Positions 19,153-29,473 are shown, numbered from the stretch's first letter. The stretch: 64,000 nucleotides of DNA from Fibrobacteria bacterium (GCA_050294405.1 JBNKOC010000016.1:192001-256000), one strand, 5' to 3'. A program made the numbers and translations. Notes: generated by a model from the sequence alone, not told the origin.

Positions 19153-20302
19153 CGCCTTTGGATAACACCACTTGCCACAATTGATTCTTACGGCTGCGGA
19201 AGGAACCCGCGCACATCAGCAAGTAATACTCCCACATGCGGTAAAATTTGTCTTTGGCTTTGCCTTCTTTTTCCCAGGCTTCTTTAAAATTATCATTCCA
19301 GGCCATTAGCGTTTTGTCGTAATCGGCGCCAAAATTGTGCCAGTCTTCCATTACAAACAAATCCTCAAAGGCGGTGGTCAGTTGCGCCATAGAAGGCAAC
19401 AAAGAGCCGGGAAATATGTATCTGTCTAACCAGGGTTCGCTTATCACACTGGTGCGGTTGTTACCGATAGTGTGAAATAAAAACAACCCTCCGGGTTTTA
19501 ATCGGGCATTAACCAGTTCAAAAAATTTGCGGTAGTTTTTGTATCCAATGTGCTCGCCCATACCTATGCTCACGGCTTTGTCGTAATAGCCTTTGGCATC
19601 CCGGTAATCCTGTAAGCGAAATTCGGCAGTGAGCCCTTCGGTTTTTTCCCGGGCGTATTTAACCTGTTCCCGGGATATGTTATAGGCCACAACTTCTACC
19701 CCGTAGTAAGTGGCGGCGAAGCGGGCAAATCCTCCCCAACCGCAACCCAGCTCCAAAACCCTTTCGCCAGGTTTTAGGTTTAGTTTTTGGCATATTAAAT
19801 GGAGTTTATTTTCTTGCGCCGTCTCCAGGTCTTTGGCATTTTTCCAATAGGCGCAGGTGTACTGCATCCAGGGATCTAACATGGTTTCATAAAAATCATT
19901 GCCCAGATTGTAGTGAACTTCCGCCACTTTTTTCGATCGGATTTTGTCCTGAAGGTTAAGTGCTTTGGCTTTTAGCACTTGTCCCATTAAAAATAGGGGT
20001 CTGACTTCTTTCTCCAATCGGGCATTTAAAATCTTATTAAAAAACTCATCGAGGGCATCGCATTCCCACATTCCATCCATATAGCTCTCGCCAAGGCCCA
20101 AAGAGCCTTGGGAAAGAACGGTGCGGTAAAAAGTTTCGTCCAGAACGCGGATATCCCAGGGCTGGTTTCCATTGATGTTAATACCCGCTTTGGATAATAG
20201 CGCCGTGACCGTTTCTTTTTCGGAACTGGCAGTGAAAATTTTAACCACTTTGGTGGTAGGGCTAACCGGGGTTTTCGATACGCTTGAGACCTTTGCTATC
20301 AT
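19121..20302 (-). CDS. cfa: Cyclopropane-fatty-acyl-phospholipid synthase family methyltransferase
   Basis: LGLGESYMDG, HYNLGND, MQYTCAYW, LELGCGWG, YIFPG, FYRMWEYYL. Confidence 0.9.
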   Translation of the reverse strand: MIAKVSSVSKTPVSPTTKVVKIFTASSEKETVTALLSKAGININGNQPWDIRVLDETFYRTVLSQGSLGLGESYMDGMWECDALDEFFNKILNARLEKEVRPLFLMGQVLKAKALNLQDKIRSKKVAEVHYNLGNDFYETMLDPWMQYTCAYWKNAKDLETAQENKLHLICQKLNLKPGERVLELGCGWGGFARFAATYYGVEVVAYNISREQVKYAREKTEGLTAEFRLQDYRDAKGYYDKAVSIGMGEHIGYKNYRKFFELVNARLKPGGLFLFHTIGNNRTSVISEPWLDRYIFPGSLLPSMAQLTTAFEDLFVMEDWHNFGADYDKTLMAWNDNFKEAWEKEGKAKDKFYRMWEYYLLMCAGSFRSRKNQLWQVVLSKGGEKGGYHSIR

Positions 20303-20415
20303 GTAATTATTCTCCTAACGGCCTTTCGCCTTCAAAGAAATACCTTAAATGCAAGATTTTAAAAAAATCTAGAATAATTACGTCGGTTTGAAAACCGGCC
20401 TATGGAATTAAGTGC

Positions 20416-21312
20416 CTATTCGCTGGTCCAGACGCCTTTGCTGCGTAATTCCCACTTAAGCTTAGCAGAAATTTCCTGTTTTTTCGGTCTGCTTTCCCTG
20501 CTGCTGGAAGCCATGTAAGCTCCGTTATTGGGATGGTGTCGGTTTATCTTTCTGCCGGATTGGTACCAAGCCTGGTATCCATTAGCCGAATCAATGGCTG
20601 GCCCTCCCACGCGGTGCAGGTTTCCGTCCAGATAATATTCAGTGGCGACTCTGGGGATAACCACCGCAGGCTTGTTGTTCAATCGGGAACGAACACCCAT
20701 TATCCACCACTCCTGATGGCCGCTTCTAAATTCCACAGCGGGTTTGTCGTCAAGGCGATGCCGTTTTCCCTCGAAATACCATTCCAGTCCATCTTCGGAT
20801 TTTACGGCGGGTTTGTCTCCAATGCGATGTAATTTTCCATTTTTAAAATAGGCGTAGTTTCCATTTTCCCATTGGATGGCCGGCTTATTCTCCCGGTGGA
20901 GGTTTCCATTTTGATACCAGGCTTTGTATTGCCCCGGGATTATAACCGCAGGTTTTTTTGCCCGATGTCGCTTGCCCTCCAGCCAGTATTCTTTCCTCCC
21001 ATCTTTCCAATCAATGGCCGGTCCCTTGGCATTGTGGTATTTGCCATAGAGGTGGAATTCTTTTCCTCCATCGGCATAAATTATAGAGGGTTTGTTAATG
21101 CGATGTAATTTACCGCTTTGGTACCATTCTTTTTTTCCGTCGGGGCGGACAACTGCAGGAGCATCATCCAGGGAATGCAATTTTCCGTTGAGGTAAGTGC
21201 GAACTGTTCCATCATAGTCCACGATTTTCCGGAAGCCTTTTATATCTTTTCCCCAACTGCTTCCAGCGGTTCCCCAAATCAATAACAAAACAGTTAATAT
21301 TTGTTTAACCAT
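20416..21312 (-). CDS. Secreted repeat protein with about nine G(K/N)LHRxx(K/G)PA units
   Basis: ATG at 21312 with GGGAGG RBS, signal peptide, tandem 23-24 aa repeats. Confidence 0.75.
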   Translation of the reverse strand: MVKQILTVLLLIWGTAGSSWGKDIKGFRKIVDYDGTVRTYLNGKLHSLDDAPAVVRPDGKKEWYQSGKLHRINKPSIIYADGGKEFHLYGKYHNAKGPAIDWKDGRKEYWLEGKRHRAKKPAVIIPGQYKAWYQNGNLHRENKPAIQWENGNYAYFKNGKLHRIGDKPAVKSEDGLEWYFEGKRHRLDDKPAVEFRSGHQEWWIMGVRSRLNNKPAVVIPRVATEYYLDGNLHRVGGPAIDSANGYQAWYQSGRKINRHHPNNGAYMASSSRESRPKKQEISAKLKWELRSKGVWTSE

Positions 21313-21572
21313 AAAACCCTCCCCCTTGATTATAAGATATTCCCATGGAAAATATCCAGAAATTAATTCCAAATGTTATGTATATGTTATTAACCTTTTT
21401 GAAATCGGGATGTATGCTATATTTGGGGAAAATCTGTGGAAGGCCTTTAAATTAAGGCCAGGAAGTCCGCAAAACCTTTTTAAGATGAAAACCCCCGTCA
21501 TCTGTTATAGGAATACAATAAAAAGTATGGGGTTATAAAGCAAGAAATATGTTAAGTTGGGATTTGCTTGGT

Positions 21573-22052
21573 CTATGAGGAAGGGTGGGGAAAGTTTTTT
21601 GGGGTGATTTTTTCTGATTCGTTTAAAATTTGAGATAATTCCAGGGCATCTAAAATACCCTGAACCAGCTCTTTTCCTTCAAATTCCCCTTTTAAAAGGT
21701 ATTGGGCTGCTCCTTCAGCTACGGCCTTAAAGGAAAGTTCTTCGTCGCGAAGACCGCTGATTATCAAAATGGGGGTTTGGGGTACGTATTTGCTGATTTC
21801 ATAAAATCCCGAAAGGCCTTTGGAGTCGGGCAGGGTCAGATCCAAAAGTATAACCTGGGGTTGGCCTATTTTTAAGAAATCCAGGCAATCCTGTAAGGAG
21901 CTGGCCACAAAAAATATGGGGTGCATTAAATGGGGTCGGCTTTTAAGTTCGTCCAGGATGTAGGTTTGGTTTAGGTGGAGATCCAGAGGGTTGTCTTCAA
22001 CCATCAATATTTGAATTGTGGGAATAGGGGTGGACATAACTTCCTCCTTCAC
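21573..22052 (-). CDS. Single-domain response regulator receiver
   Basis: ILMVEDN, ILLDLTLPDS, IISG, YLLKG. Confidence 0.85.
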   Translation of the reverse strand: MKEEVMSTPIPTIQILMVEDNPLDLHLNQTYILDELKSRPHLMHPIFFVASSLQDCLDFLKIGQPQVILLDLTLPDSKGLSGFYEISKYVPQTPILIISGLRDEELSFKAVAEGAAQYLLKGEFEGKELVQGILDALELSQILNESEKITPKNFPHPSS

Positions 22053-22321
22053 TTTTTTTTAACCCAATCAGATGGAAACGCCTCATTAATTATAGGGGGG
22101 AACTTTCTGAAATTACAACAGCAATCGCTGGAAAAAAATGGCAAAAAGTTCTGTTTTTCGAGAAAATAGGGTATTTTAAAATGGTTTTTGGAGCTTCTGG
22201 AATTTCAGAAGGCCAGAAAAGATCACCCCGGGTGCCACATAAAGGAAAAGCTTAAAATAACCGGTTAATTCAAGCTATTTCAATTCGTATGAAATAATAA
22301 TTTTCAAAAAAGTATAGCGTA

Positions 22322-22364
22322 TACAGTAAATTAACTGACAAAATGTATTTTTTACAGTAAATTA
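22322..22364 (+). promoter_or_regulatory. Direct repeat TACAGTAAATTA x2 (candidate operator of the catabolic operon)
   Basis: Exact 12-mers at 22322-22333 and 22353-22364, just before the operon's first gene. Confidence 0.5.
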
Positions 22365-22370
22365 TTTCTT

Positions 22371-23234
22371 GTGAATACGAACGGGGTTGACCTTCACAAA
22401 ACTTTGGAAACTAGGAAATTTGAGAGCGGGCTGTGTGTGCACAGCATTACTTTAAAATCCTGGTCTTTAGAGGAGTGTTTAACTGCTTTACCTAGAGCAG
22501 GCGTTAAGGGTATTACCATTTGGCGCCAGGCTGTTGAAGGAAAAGATTTATCCTTGGTTCGAAAACAAATTGAAGATTCGGGCCTAAGCTTGGTTTCTTA
22601 TTGCAGGGGCGGATTTTTCCCCCACAGCGACACCGCAGAAAGACAAAAAAATATAAGGGAAAATTTGCGGGCTATGGAAGAGGCTTATGCTCTGGGTGCC
22701 CCCAGTTTGGTTTTGGTTTGCGGTGCCCATCCGGGCCAGTCTTTGGAAGAGAGCCGACGGCAAATTGTGGATGGAATTCGCGCCCTATTGCCCAAAGCCG
22801 AAGAGTATAAGCTGAAATTATCCATTGAGCCCTTGCATCCCATGTATGCGGCAGAGCGCAGCGCCGTAAACACATTAAAGCAGGCCAACGACATGTGCGA
22901 GGAAATAAACCATCCCCTGGTTGGGGTGGCTGTGGATGTATACCACCTTTGGTGGGACCCGGATTTGGAAAAAGAAATCAAACGCTGTGGTGAAAATAAT
23001 TGGCTTTTTGCCTATCACATTTGCGATTGGAAAAGTCCCACGGAAGATATGTTAAATGACAGAGGTTTGATGGGGGAAGGATGTATCCCTATTCAAGAAA
23101 TTACAAACTGGGTGCAGGCCAGTGGTTTTAACGGTTTTGAAGAGGTGGAAATATTTTCCCATAAATGGTGGGCGGAAGATCCCGCGTATTTTTTAGAAGA
23201 AATTATCAAATCCTACAGAGCTTTAAAATCCTGA
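22371..23234 (+). CDS. Sugar phosphate isomerase/epimerase (xylose-isomerase-like TIM barrel)
   Basis: IEPLHPMYA, DVYHLWWDP, HICDW, DRGLMGEG, EVEIFS. Confidence 0.85.
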   Translation: MNTNGVDLHKTLETRKFESGLCVHSITLKSWSLEECLTALPRAGVKGITIWRQAVEGKDLSLVRKQIEDSGLSLVSYCRGGFFPHSDTAERQKNIRENLRAMEEAYALGAPSLVLVCGAHPGQSLEESRRQIVDGIRALLPKAEEYKLKLSIEPLHPMYAAERSAVNTLKQANDMCEEINHPLVGVAVDVYHLWWDPDLEKEIKRCGENNWLFAYHICDWKSPTEDMLNDRGLMGEGCIPIQEITNWVQASGFNGFEEVEIFSHKWWAEDPAYFLEEIIKSYRALKS

Positions 23235-23256
23235 CAACACCAAGGGAAGGTATGTT

Positions 23257-24438
23257 TTGAAACAGATAAAAATTGGCATCATCATGAACGGAGTTACTGG
23301 GAGAATGGGCACAAACCAACATTTGGTGCGCTCCGTACTAGCTATTATGAAACAAGGCGGCGTGGCGCTGGATTCCCAAACATCTATAATGCCCGATCCC
23401 ATTTTAGTGGGCCGAAATGAAGAAAAGCTTAAAAAGCTGGCAGAAGAGTATTCTGTTAAAAAATGGTCCACAGACCTGGAGAGTTGCTTAGCGGACCCCT
23501 ATTATAAAATTTACTTTGATGCCCAGGCCACTTCTCTCCGGCCAGATGCTTTAAGGCTGGCCGCTAAAGCGGGCAAAGATATATATTGCGAAAAGCCCAT
23601 AGCCGATAACTTACAGGAAAGCCTTGATGTAGCTCGTGATGTTATGGCAACTGGTGTCAAGAACGGTGTCGTTCAGGATAAATTGTGGTTGCCCGGCTTG
23701 ATAAAGCTCAAGCGAAAAATTGATGAAGGCTTTTTTGGCCGGATATTTTCCATTAAAGGTGAGTTTGGCTATTGGGTATTCGATGGGAAAAAAGTTCCCG
23801 CCCAGAGGCCTAGCTGGAATTACCGCAAAGAAGACGGGGGAGGCCTGGTTGTGGATATGCTCTGTCATTTTCGCTATGTTATTGATAATTTGTTCGGTGA
23901 AATAGAGTCTGTTTCATGTACTACAGACACTCAAATTAAAGAACGATTGGACGAAAACGGAAAGCCTTATGTTTGTACGGCTGATGACGCTGCTTTTGCC
24001 ACTTTTCAATTGAAAAACGGGGCTATTTGCCAGATCAACAGCAGCTGGAACACACGGGTGAAACGGGACGATTTATTCACCTTGCAGGTAGATGGGACCA
24101 AGGCTTCCGCCGTGGCAGGGCTTACAAAATGTTGGGTGCAAACGGGTGAAAATACACCTCGTTTCATTTGGAACCCTGATGAAGATGACGGCACCATTTA
24201 CGATTCAGGATGGGAAGAAATTTACAAGGAAGAATCCTTTGAAAATGCTTTTAAAATTCAATGGGAATTGTTTTTAAAGCATGTATGTAACAATGAAGAA
24301 TTCAGATGGAATTTAGCAGAGGGCTCCAAAGGCATACAGCTGGCCGAAAGGGCCCTAGAATCCAATCAAAACAGAGCCTGGGTGGATTTGGAAAATATAG
24401 AAGACCTTCTTTCGGTTTCAAAAGCCCAGTTGTCATAA
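23257..24438 (+). CDS. Gfo/Idh/MocA oxidoreductase
   Basis: NGVTGRMG, YCEKP, GVVQDKLWLPG, DMLCH. Confidence 0.88.
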   Translation: MKQIKIGIIMNGVTGRMGTNQHLVRSVLAIMKQGGVALDSQTSIMPDPILVGRNEEKLKKLAEEYSVKKWSTDLESCLADPYYKIYFDAQATSLRPDALRLAAKAGKDIYCEKPIADNLQESLDVARDVMATGVKNGVVQDKLWLPGLIKLKRKIDEGFFGRIFSIKGEFGYWVFDGKKVPAQRPSWNYRKEDGGGLVVDMLCHFRYVIDNLFGEIESVSCTTDTQIKERLDENGKPYVCTADDAAFATFQLKNGAICQINSSWNTRVKRDDLFTLQVDGTKASAVAGLTKCWVQTGENTPRFIWNPDEDDGTIYDSGWEEIYKEESFENAFKIQWELFLKHVCNNEEFRWNLAEGSKGIQLAERALESNQNRAWVDLENIEDLLSVSKAQLS

Positions 24439-24446
24439 ATTATCCC

Positions 24447-25856
24447 ATGATTAGCATAACGGAATCCCAATTTTACTACACTGTGGTTAAAACCCGGATT
24501 CCCTTTGTTTTTGGCCGCTCCGTATTGCGGGCTATGCCTGTTCTTTACCATCAGTTGACTGCTGAAAAAGATGGAAAACATTTTGAAGGAGTAAGCGCTT
24601 TTGGCATTCCGCCTCTGTGGTTCGACAAGTCTCCAGAGGCCAGTCACGAAAGTAACATAAGGGATATTATTTCCGCAATTTCCTTTTGCCGGAAATTTGT
24701 CTTGGAAAACAAATACAATTCCATATATAAGGTGCATAAAGCTATGGACTTTGCCTTTAAGGAATCGTCTTTGAGCAAACTAGATGGTTTGATTTTAAGT
24801 GCGGCAATGGCTTTTTTTGACAATGCCTTGGTAGATGGTTTTTGTCGATTGGAAAACAAAAGCTTTTTTGAATTATTAAAACTCAATGCTTTTGGAATGG
24901 AAAACTTTCCCGTGGAAAAACTTCCCGATAAACCTTTATCTAAAATTGGATATCGACATACAGTGGGGATTAGCGATGCGATTTGTGCTAAAGATGTTTT
25001 AAATCCAGTGGGGGATGGCCTTCCAGAAAGCTTGGAAGAAGTTTTAGGCTTTTATGGGCCCCGATTTTTAAAAATAAAAATCAATGGGCAAATAAAAGAA
25101 AGCATCCAAAGGCTGTTAGAAATTGAAAGCCTATTGGGCCATAAAAGCGCAGACTTTAAGCTGAGTCTGGATGGCAACGAACAATTCAAAAGCATGGAAG
25201 AGTTTTATGAATTTGTAATCTTGGCTAAAGAGGAACCGGGCCTGGCGTACTTTTGGAATAAACTTCTTTGGGTGGAACAACCCGTTTACAGGGCTTGCGC
25301 CCTTGAAGACTCTGTAAAATCCTGGATGGAAAAAATATCAAGCGGTATTCCTGTGATAATCGATGAATCGGATTCTTCCGAAGACGCTTTAGTTAAAGCG
25401 CGCCGTTTGGGGTATTCAGGCATATCAGCAAAAAACTGTAAAAGTGTATTTCGAACCTTAAGCAGTTACAGATACATCTGTAATAATGATCTGGACTTTA
25501 TTTTGTCCAGTGAAGATTTAACCAACGTTCCCATTGTACCCCTACATCAGGATTTATGTGTGGCCGCAGCCCTTGGAATTGAACACAGCGAAAGGAATGG
25601 TCACCATTACATTCGAGGTTCGGAGTTTTTATCTGAGAAAGAACGCCGCAGTCTTACTGCTGAATATGGAAATATGTATACTCTGTCATCTGGGTTACCA
25701 GTGGTCCATATTGAAAAAGGCGAGTTGGATTTGGAAAAAATTAATAATTGTTTTTTTGGCGTTAAAAATTTTCCGGATTTTAATTTTATGAATTCCCTGG
25801 ATATGGAAAATCCCGGAATTTCCCAAATGTTGCTGGAAATGGAGAAAAATATATGA
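24447..25856 (+). CDS. Enolase/mandelate racemase superfamily protein (possible acid-sugar dehydratase)
   Basis: KIK motif, LDGNE, VEQP, IIDESD, ERNGHHY; start set at MISIT. Confidence 0.7.
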   Translation: MISITESQFYYTVVKTRIPFVFGRSVLRAMPVLYHQLTAEKDGKHFEGVSAFGIPPLWFDKSPEASHESNIRDIISAISFCRKFVLENKYNSIYKVHKAMDFAFKESSLSKLDGLILSAAMAFFDNALVDGFCRLENKSFFELLKLNAFGMENFPVEKLPDKPLSKIGYRHTVGISDAICAKDVLNPVGDGLPESLEEVLGFYGPRFLKIKINGQIKESIQRLLEIESLLGHKSADFKLSLDGNEQFKSMEEFYEFVILAKEEPGLAYFWNKLLWVEQPVYRACALEDSVKSWMEKISSGIPVIIDESDSSEDALVKARRLGYSGISAKNCKSVFRTLSSYRYICNNDLDFILSSEDLTNVPIVPLHQDLCVAAALGIEHSERNGHHYIRGSEFLSEKERRSLTAEYGNMYTLSSGLPVVHIEKGELDLEKINNCFFGVKNFPDFNFMNSLDMENPGISQMLLEMEKNI

Positions 25857-27553
25857 GTGAACCACAATCCCAATTTGAGGCTGAGAAAAAAATGTTAAAA
25901 GAGGCTCAGAGCAAAGGTGCCGGAGCCACAATAAAAACATACATCAAACTTTCTGGACCAGGTTGGCTTCAAAGCGCTATTACTCTGGGTGGAGGTTCAT
26001 TAGCCGGAGCTTTGTTTTTAGGAGTTATTGGCGGATACAGCATGTTATGGGTTCAATTACTGGCCATGATATTGGGAGTAATCATGTTGTCGGCCATTAG
26101 CTATGTGACTCTTTCCACAGGCCAAAGCCCCTTTAAAGGGATTCGGGAGCATATTAACCCTGTTCTTGCCTGGGGATGGATAATAGCCTCTTTAATGGCA
26201 AATATGGTTTGGGTTCTTCCTCAATATTCTCTGGCCTATGGAGCTATTACCCAAAATCTTTTTCCCAGCTTATTTGATAATCCGGAAAGCTTGGGGGCCA
26301 AGTACACTGTCTCCATTTTAATACTTATTGTAGTGACCTCCATTACTTTTTTTTACGGCAGTAAGGGTCTGGGAATAAAAATTTACGAAACCGCCTTGAA
26401 ATTGGTGGTGGCGCTAATTGTAATCAGCTTTGTGGGTGTGGTGGTAAAACTGTTGTTTAGCCCCCAAGGCTTACCCATTGGTCAAATTATCCTTGGATTT
26501 ATCCCAAACCCTTCCAGTTTCTTTTCTCCCGCCCCCAGCTATCAGGAAGCATTAAATGCTATTGTTTTCGAACCGGCCAGAGAATATTGGGAGGCTGTTA
26601 TTTTGGAAGCTCAACGCAGCCGCATGATAGCAGCTGCGTCGGCCGCGGTGGGAATTAACATGACTTTTTTGCTGCCTTATTCTCTTCTTTCCAAAAAGTG
26701 GGATAAAAACTTCAGGGGGCTTGCCATATTTGATTTGTCCACTGGTATGATTGTTCCTTTTTTGATTGCTACTTCCTGTGTGGTAATAGCTTCCGCATCT
26801 ATGTTCCACGGAAAGGCCTTTGATGGACTGCTCATTGAAAATAATGGAAAACTTGAACTGAATTCCGATCCGGCAATGGCAAAAACTGTGGGAGCCTATA
26901 ATGGCCAGGTTTCCAAGCGCAACGCAGCCCTTGGAGGAAATAATGAGCTGGAAGAAGCGGAAATGAAAATAGCCGCTATGTTAATACCAAGAAGCAACGC
27001 CCAATTCGCCAAGTCACTAAGCGCCCTGGTTGGAAATTCCACCGCTAATACCGTTTTTGGGCTGGGTGTATTGGCTATGGGAATGTCCACCATTAGCTTG
27101 CTTATGTTAATATCGGGCTTTGTGTTTTGCGAAATATTTGGATTTGAGCATGGAGGCTGGCAGCACAGGTTGGGGACTTTGGCTCCAATTACAGGTTTGT
27201 TATGGCCCTTCTTATGGTCTGGACAGTCTTTGGTTTATTTGGCCATACCCACCTCCGTTTTTGGATATGTATTGCTTCCAGTGGCTTATCTCACTTTCTT
27301 TTTAATGATGAATTCCAAAAAATTACTGGGAGAAAACAGGCCTCAGGCGGGGCAACGAATCAAATGGAATATTTTAATGGGTATTTCTTTATTCCTCACA
27401 GGAACCGCTGCCATATATACAGCCTGGACCAAATCCATGAAAATTGGAAATACGGATATTGCCTTTGGAAAATGGGCCATTATCTTATTTGCTCTGGCGG
27501 TAATATTAGGTCAAATTTATATGTCAAAAAAAAATAAGATGGAAAATAACTAG
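25853..27553 (+). CDS. NRAMP-like (APC fold) transporter lacking the DPGN metal motif
   Basis: GPGWLQSAITLGGGS N-terminal motif, about 11-12 TM helices. Confidence 0.75.
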   Translation: MSEPQSQFEAEKKMLKEAQSKGAGATIKTYIKLSGPGWLQSAITLGGGSLAGALFLGVIGGYSMLWVQLLAMILGVIMLSAISYVTLSTGQSPFKGIREHINPVLAWGWIIASLMANMVWVLPQYSLAYGAITQNLFPSLFDNPESLGAKYTVSILILIVVTSITFFYGSKGLGIKIYETALKLVVALIVISFVGVVVKLLFSPQGLPIGQIILGFIPNPSSFFSPAPSYQEALNAIVFEPAREYWEAVILEAQRSRMIAAASAAVGINMTFLLPYSLLSKKWDKNFRGLAIFDLSTGMIVPFLIATSCVVIASASMFHGKAFDGLLIENNGKLELNSDPAMAKTVGAYNGQVSKRNAALGGNNELEEAEMKIAAMLIPRSNAQFAKSLSALVGNSTANTVFGLGVLAMGMSTISLLMLISGFVFCEIFGFEHGGWQHRLGTLAPITGLLWPFLWSGQSLVYLAIPTSVFGYVLLPVAYLTFFLMMNSKKLLGENRPQAGQRIKWNILMGISLFLTGTAAIYTAWTKSMKIGNTDIAFGKWAIILFALAVILGQIYMSKKNKMENN

Positions 27554-27561
27554 GAGGATGT

Positions 27562-28107
27562 ATGGACAATGAATCTAATGGCGGGATGCATTATGACTTC
27601 TCCATATTCAGGGATTTAAGAAAGTCGCAAGGGTTAACCATTGCGGATGTCGCAGAGGCATCAGGCATTTCCACGGCTGTTATTTCCAGAATTGAGAGGA
27701 ACCAGGCGAGCCCTGAAATAAACACCCTTTACAGATTGGGGAAGGTTTTGGGCATCACTGCTACCGATTTGCTGGGATTGGCTGAGGCAAAAAACCCGCA
27801 AATTACTTCCGCTCAACATTATACATCAGGAAGTTTCCAGTTTCAGTATATTAAGTATCAAAACATGCAGTGTTTTTTAGGTTCAGCTCTTGGAGGGGCC
27901 ACGGTAAGTCGTCCCGAAGTACACCATAATGATATTGAAACCTGCTGGGTTTTGAGCGGTTCTGTGGAAATGAATATAAACGAAGAGATTCATATTTTAA
28001 AAGAGGGAGAGGCCATTCAATTTGATGGGGTATTAAAACATACTTACCGGGCTATGGAAGATTGCAAAATTCTTTTAATACATTTACCAAAGGCAAAAGG
28101 TTTGTAA
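27562..28107 (+). CDS. XRE-family HTH plus cupin transcriptional regulator
   Basis: LRKSQGLTIADVAEASGISTAVISRIERNQASP; cupin with GEAIQFDG..HTY. Confidence 0.88.
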   Translation: MDNESNGGMHYDFSIFRDLRKSQGLTIADVAEASGISTAVISRIERNQASPEINTLYRLGKVLGITATDLLGLAEAKNPQITSAQHYTSGSFQFQYIKYQNMQCFLGSALGGATVSRPEVHHNDIETCWVLSGSVEMNINEEIHILKEGEAIQFDGVLKHTYRAMEDCKILLIHLPKAKGL

Positions 28108-28111
28108 GACT

Positions 28112-29473
28112 ATGACAGCTATTTCTAAATCCACTCTGGATAATTTCTGGGATATATCAGGTAAAAAGATTCGCTTGCTTCAAAAGCGAAGCGGCCAATT
28201 AAAAGGTTCTCCTGTTTTTACCAAAATGGGGAAATATGTGGATCAAGGTTGGACCGAATGGACCCAGGGGTTTCAATTCGGATCCGCTATTTTGCAATTC
28301 GACGTTTGCCAGGAAAAAGAATTTTTAGAAATGGGGCGGGAAAATACTATCGCTAAAATGGCTCCCCATGTAAGTCATGGGGGAGTTCACGATCACGGTT
28401 TTAACAATGTTAGTACTTATGGGGCCTTGAGAAGATTGATACTTGAGGGAAAAATCCCTCAAAATGAATGGGAACTTCATTTTTACGAATTGGCTTTAAA
28501 AGTAAGTGGCGTAGTTCAGGCCAGGCGTTGGTCAGCTACAGCTGATGGTCTGGGATACATTTACTCTTTTAATGGGCCTCAGTCTCTTTTTGCAGATACC
28601 ATTCGATCCCTAAGGTCTTTATCAATGGCTTACTTACTAGGGCATAATTTTATGGGTGAAAATGACGTTAAAATTTCTTTTTTACAAAGGATTATTCATC
28701 ATGCTCTGGCCAGCTCTAAATACAATGTTTACTATGGCGAAGGCAGGGACAGTTGGGATATAAGGGGCCGAGTGGCACATGAATCCATTTTTAATGTAAA
28801 TGATAAACAATACCGTTGTCCCAGTACCCAACAGGGATATTCTGCTTTTAGCACCTGGACCCGGGGACTAGCCTGGATTTTATTAGGTGCTTCAGAACAG
28901 CTAGAGTTTTTTAACAGTTTAAAGGCAGAAGAGTTTGAAGGTTTGCATGGCGGCAATATCATTCGCCAGGAATTATTCAAAATGGCAAATGCCACCGCTG
29001 ATTTTTTTATGGCCCATTCAGCCACGGATGGAGTGCCGTATTGGGATACAGGTGCGCCTGGATTAATCAATCTAGGAGATTATTATAAAATTCCCTCTCA
29101 ACCCGATAATGATAATGAGCCTGTGGATTCTTCGGCTGCGGCAATTGCTGCCCAGGGATTTTTAAGGCTTTCCCAATTATGTAAGGACTCTTCAAAAGCT
29201 CAAAAGTATTTGAATTTTGCTGAACTCATCTTATCTACTTTGTTAAGAGAACCTTATTTGTCTTTTGACGAAGGGCACGAAGGTTTGCTTTTGCATTCGG
29301 TATACCATCGGCCTAAAAATTGGGATTATATTCCTCCGGGGAAAAAAATACCTATGGGTGAGTCCTCCATGTGGGGGGATTATCATTTAAGAGAAGCGGT
29401 ACTTCTTTATCAAAGAATGAAATTGGATAACAGTTATTATTGCTTTTTTAGCGCCGCTGGGGGAAAGAAATAA
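28112..29473 (+). CDS. GH88-like unsaturated glucuronyl hydrolase (cytoplasmic)
   Basis: WTQGF, HDHGF, QGYS..STWTRGLAW, VPYWD, DSSAAAIAA, WGDY. Confidence 0.82.
   Translation: MTAISKSTLDNFWDISGKKIRLLQKRSGQLKGSPVFTKMGKYVDQGWTEWTQGFQFGSAILQFDVCQEKEFLEMGRENTIAKMAPHVSHGGVHDHGFNNVSTYGALRRLILEGKIPQNEWELHFYELALKVSGVVQARRWSATADGLGYIYSFNGPQSLFADTIRSLRSLSMAYLLGHNFMGENDVKISFLQRIIHHALASSKYNVYYGEGRDSWDIRGRVAHESIFNVNDKQYRCPSTQQGYSAFSTWTRGLAWILLGASEQLEFFNSLKAEEFEGLHGGNIIRQELFKMANATADFFMAHSATDGVPYWDTGAPGLINLGDYYKIPSQPDNDNEPVDSSAAAIAAQGFLRLSQLCKDSSKAQKYLNFAELILSTLLREPYLSFDEGHEGLLLHSVYHRPKNWDYIPPGKKIPMGESSMWGDYHLREAVLLYQRMKLDNSYYCFFSAAGGKK

Noticed and set aside
24306..24446. N-terminal extension of the enolase-family ORF (similar extensions at 32589, 47814, 50897 and 15807)
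   Set aside because: Overlaps upstream genes; downstream ATGs fit operon spacing or RBS better
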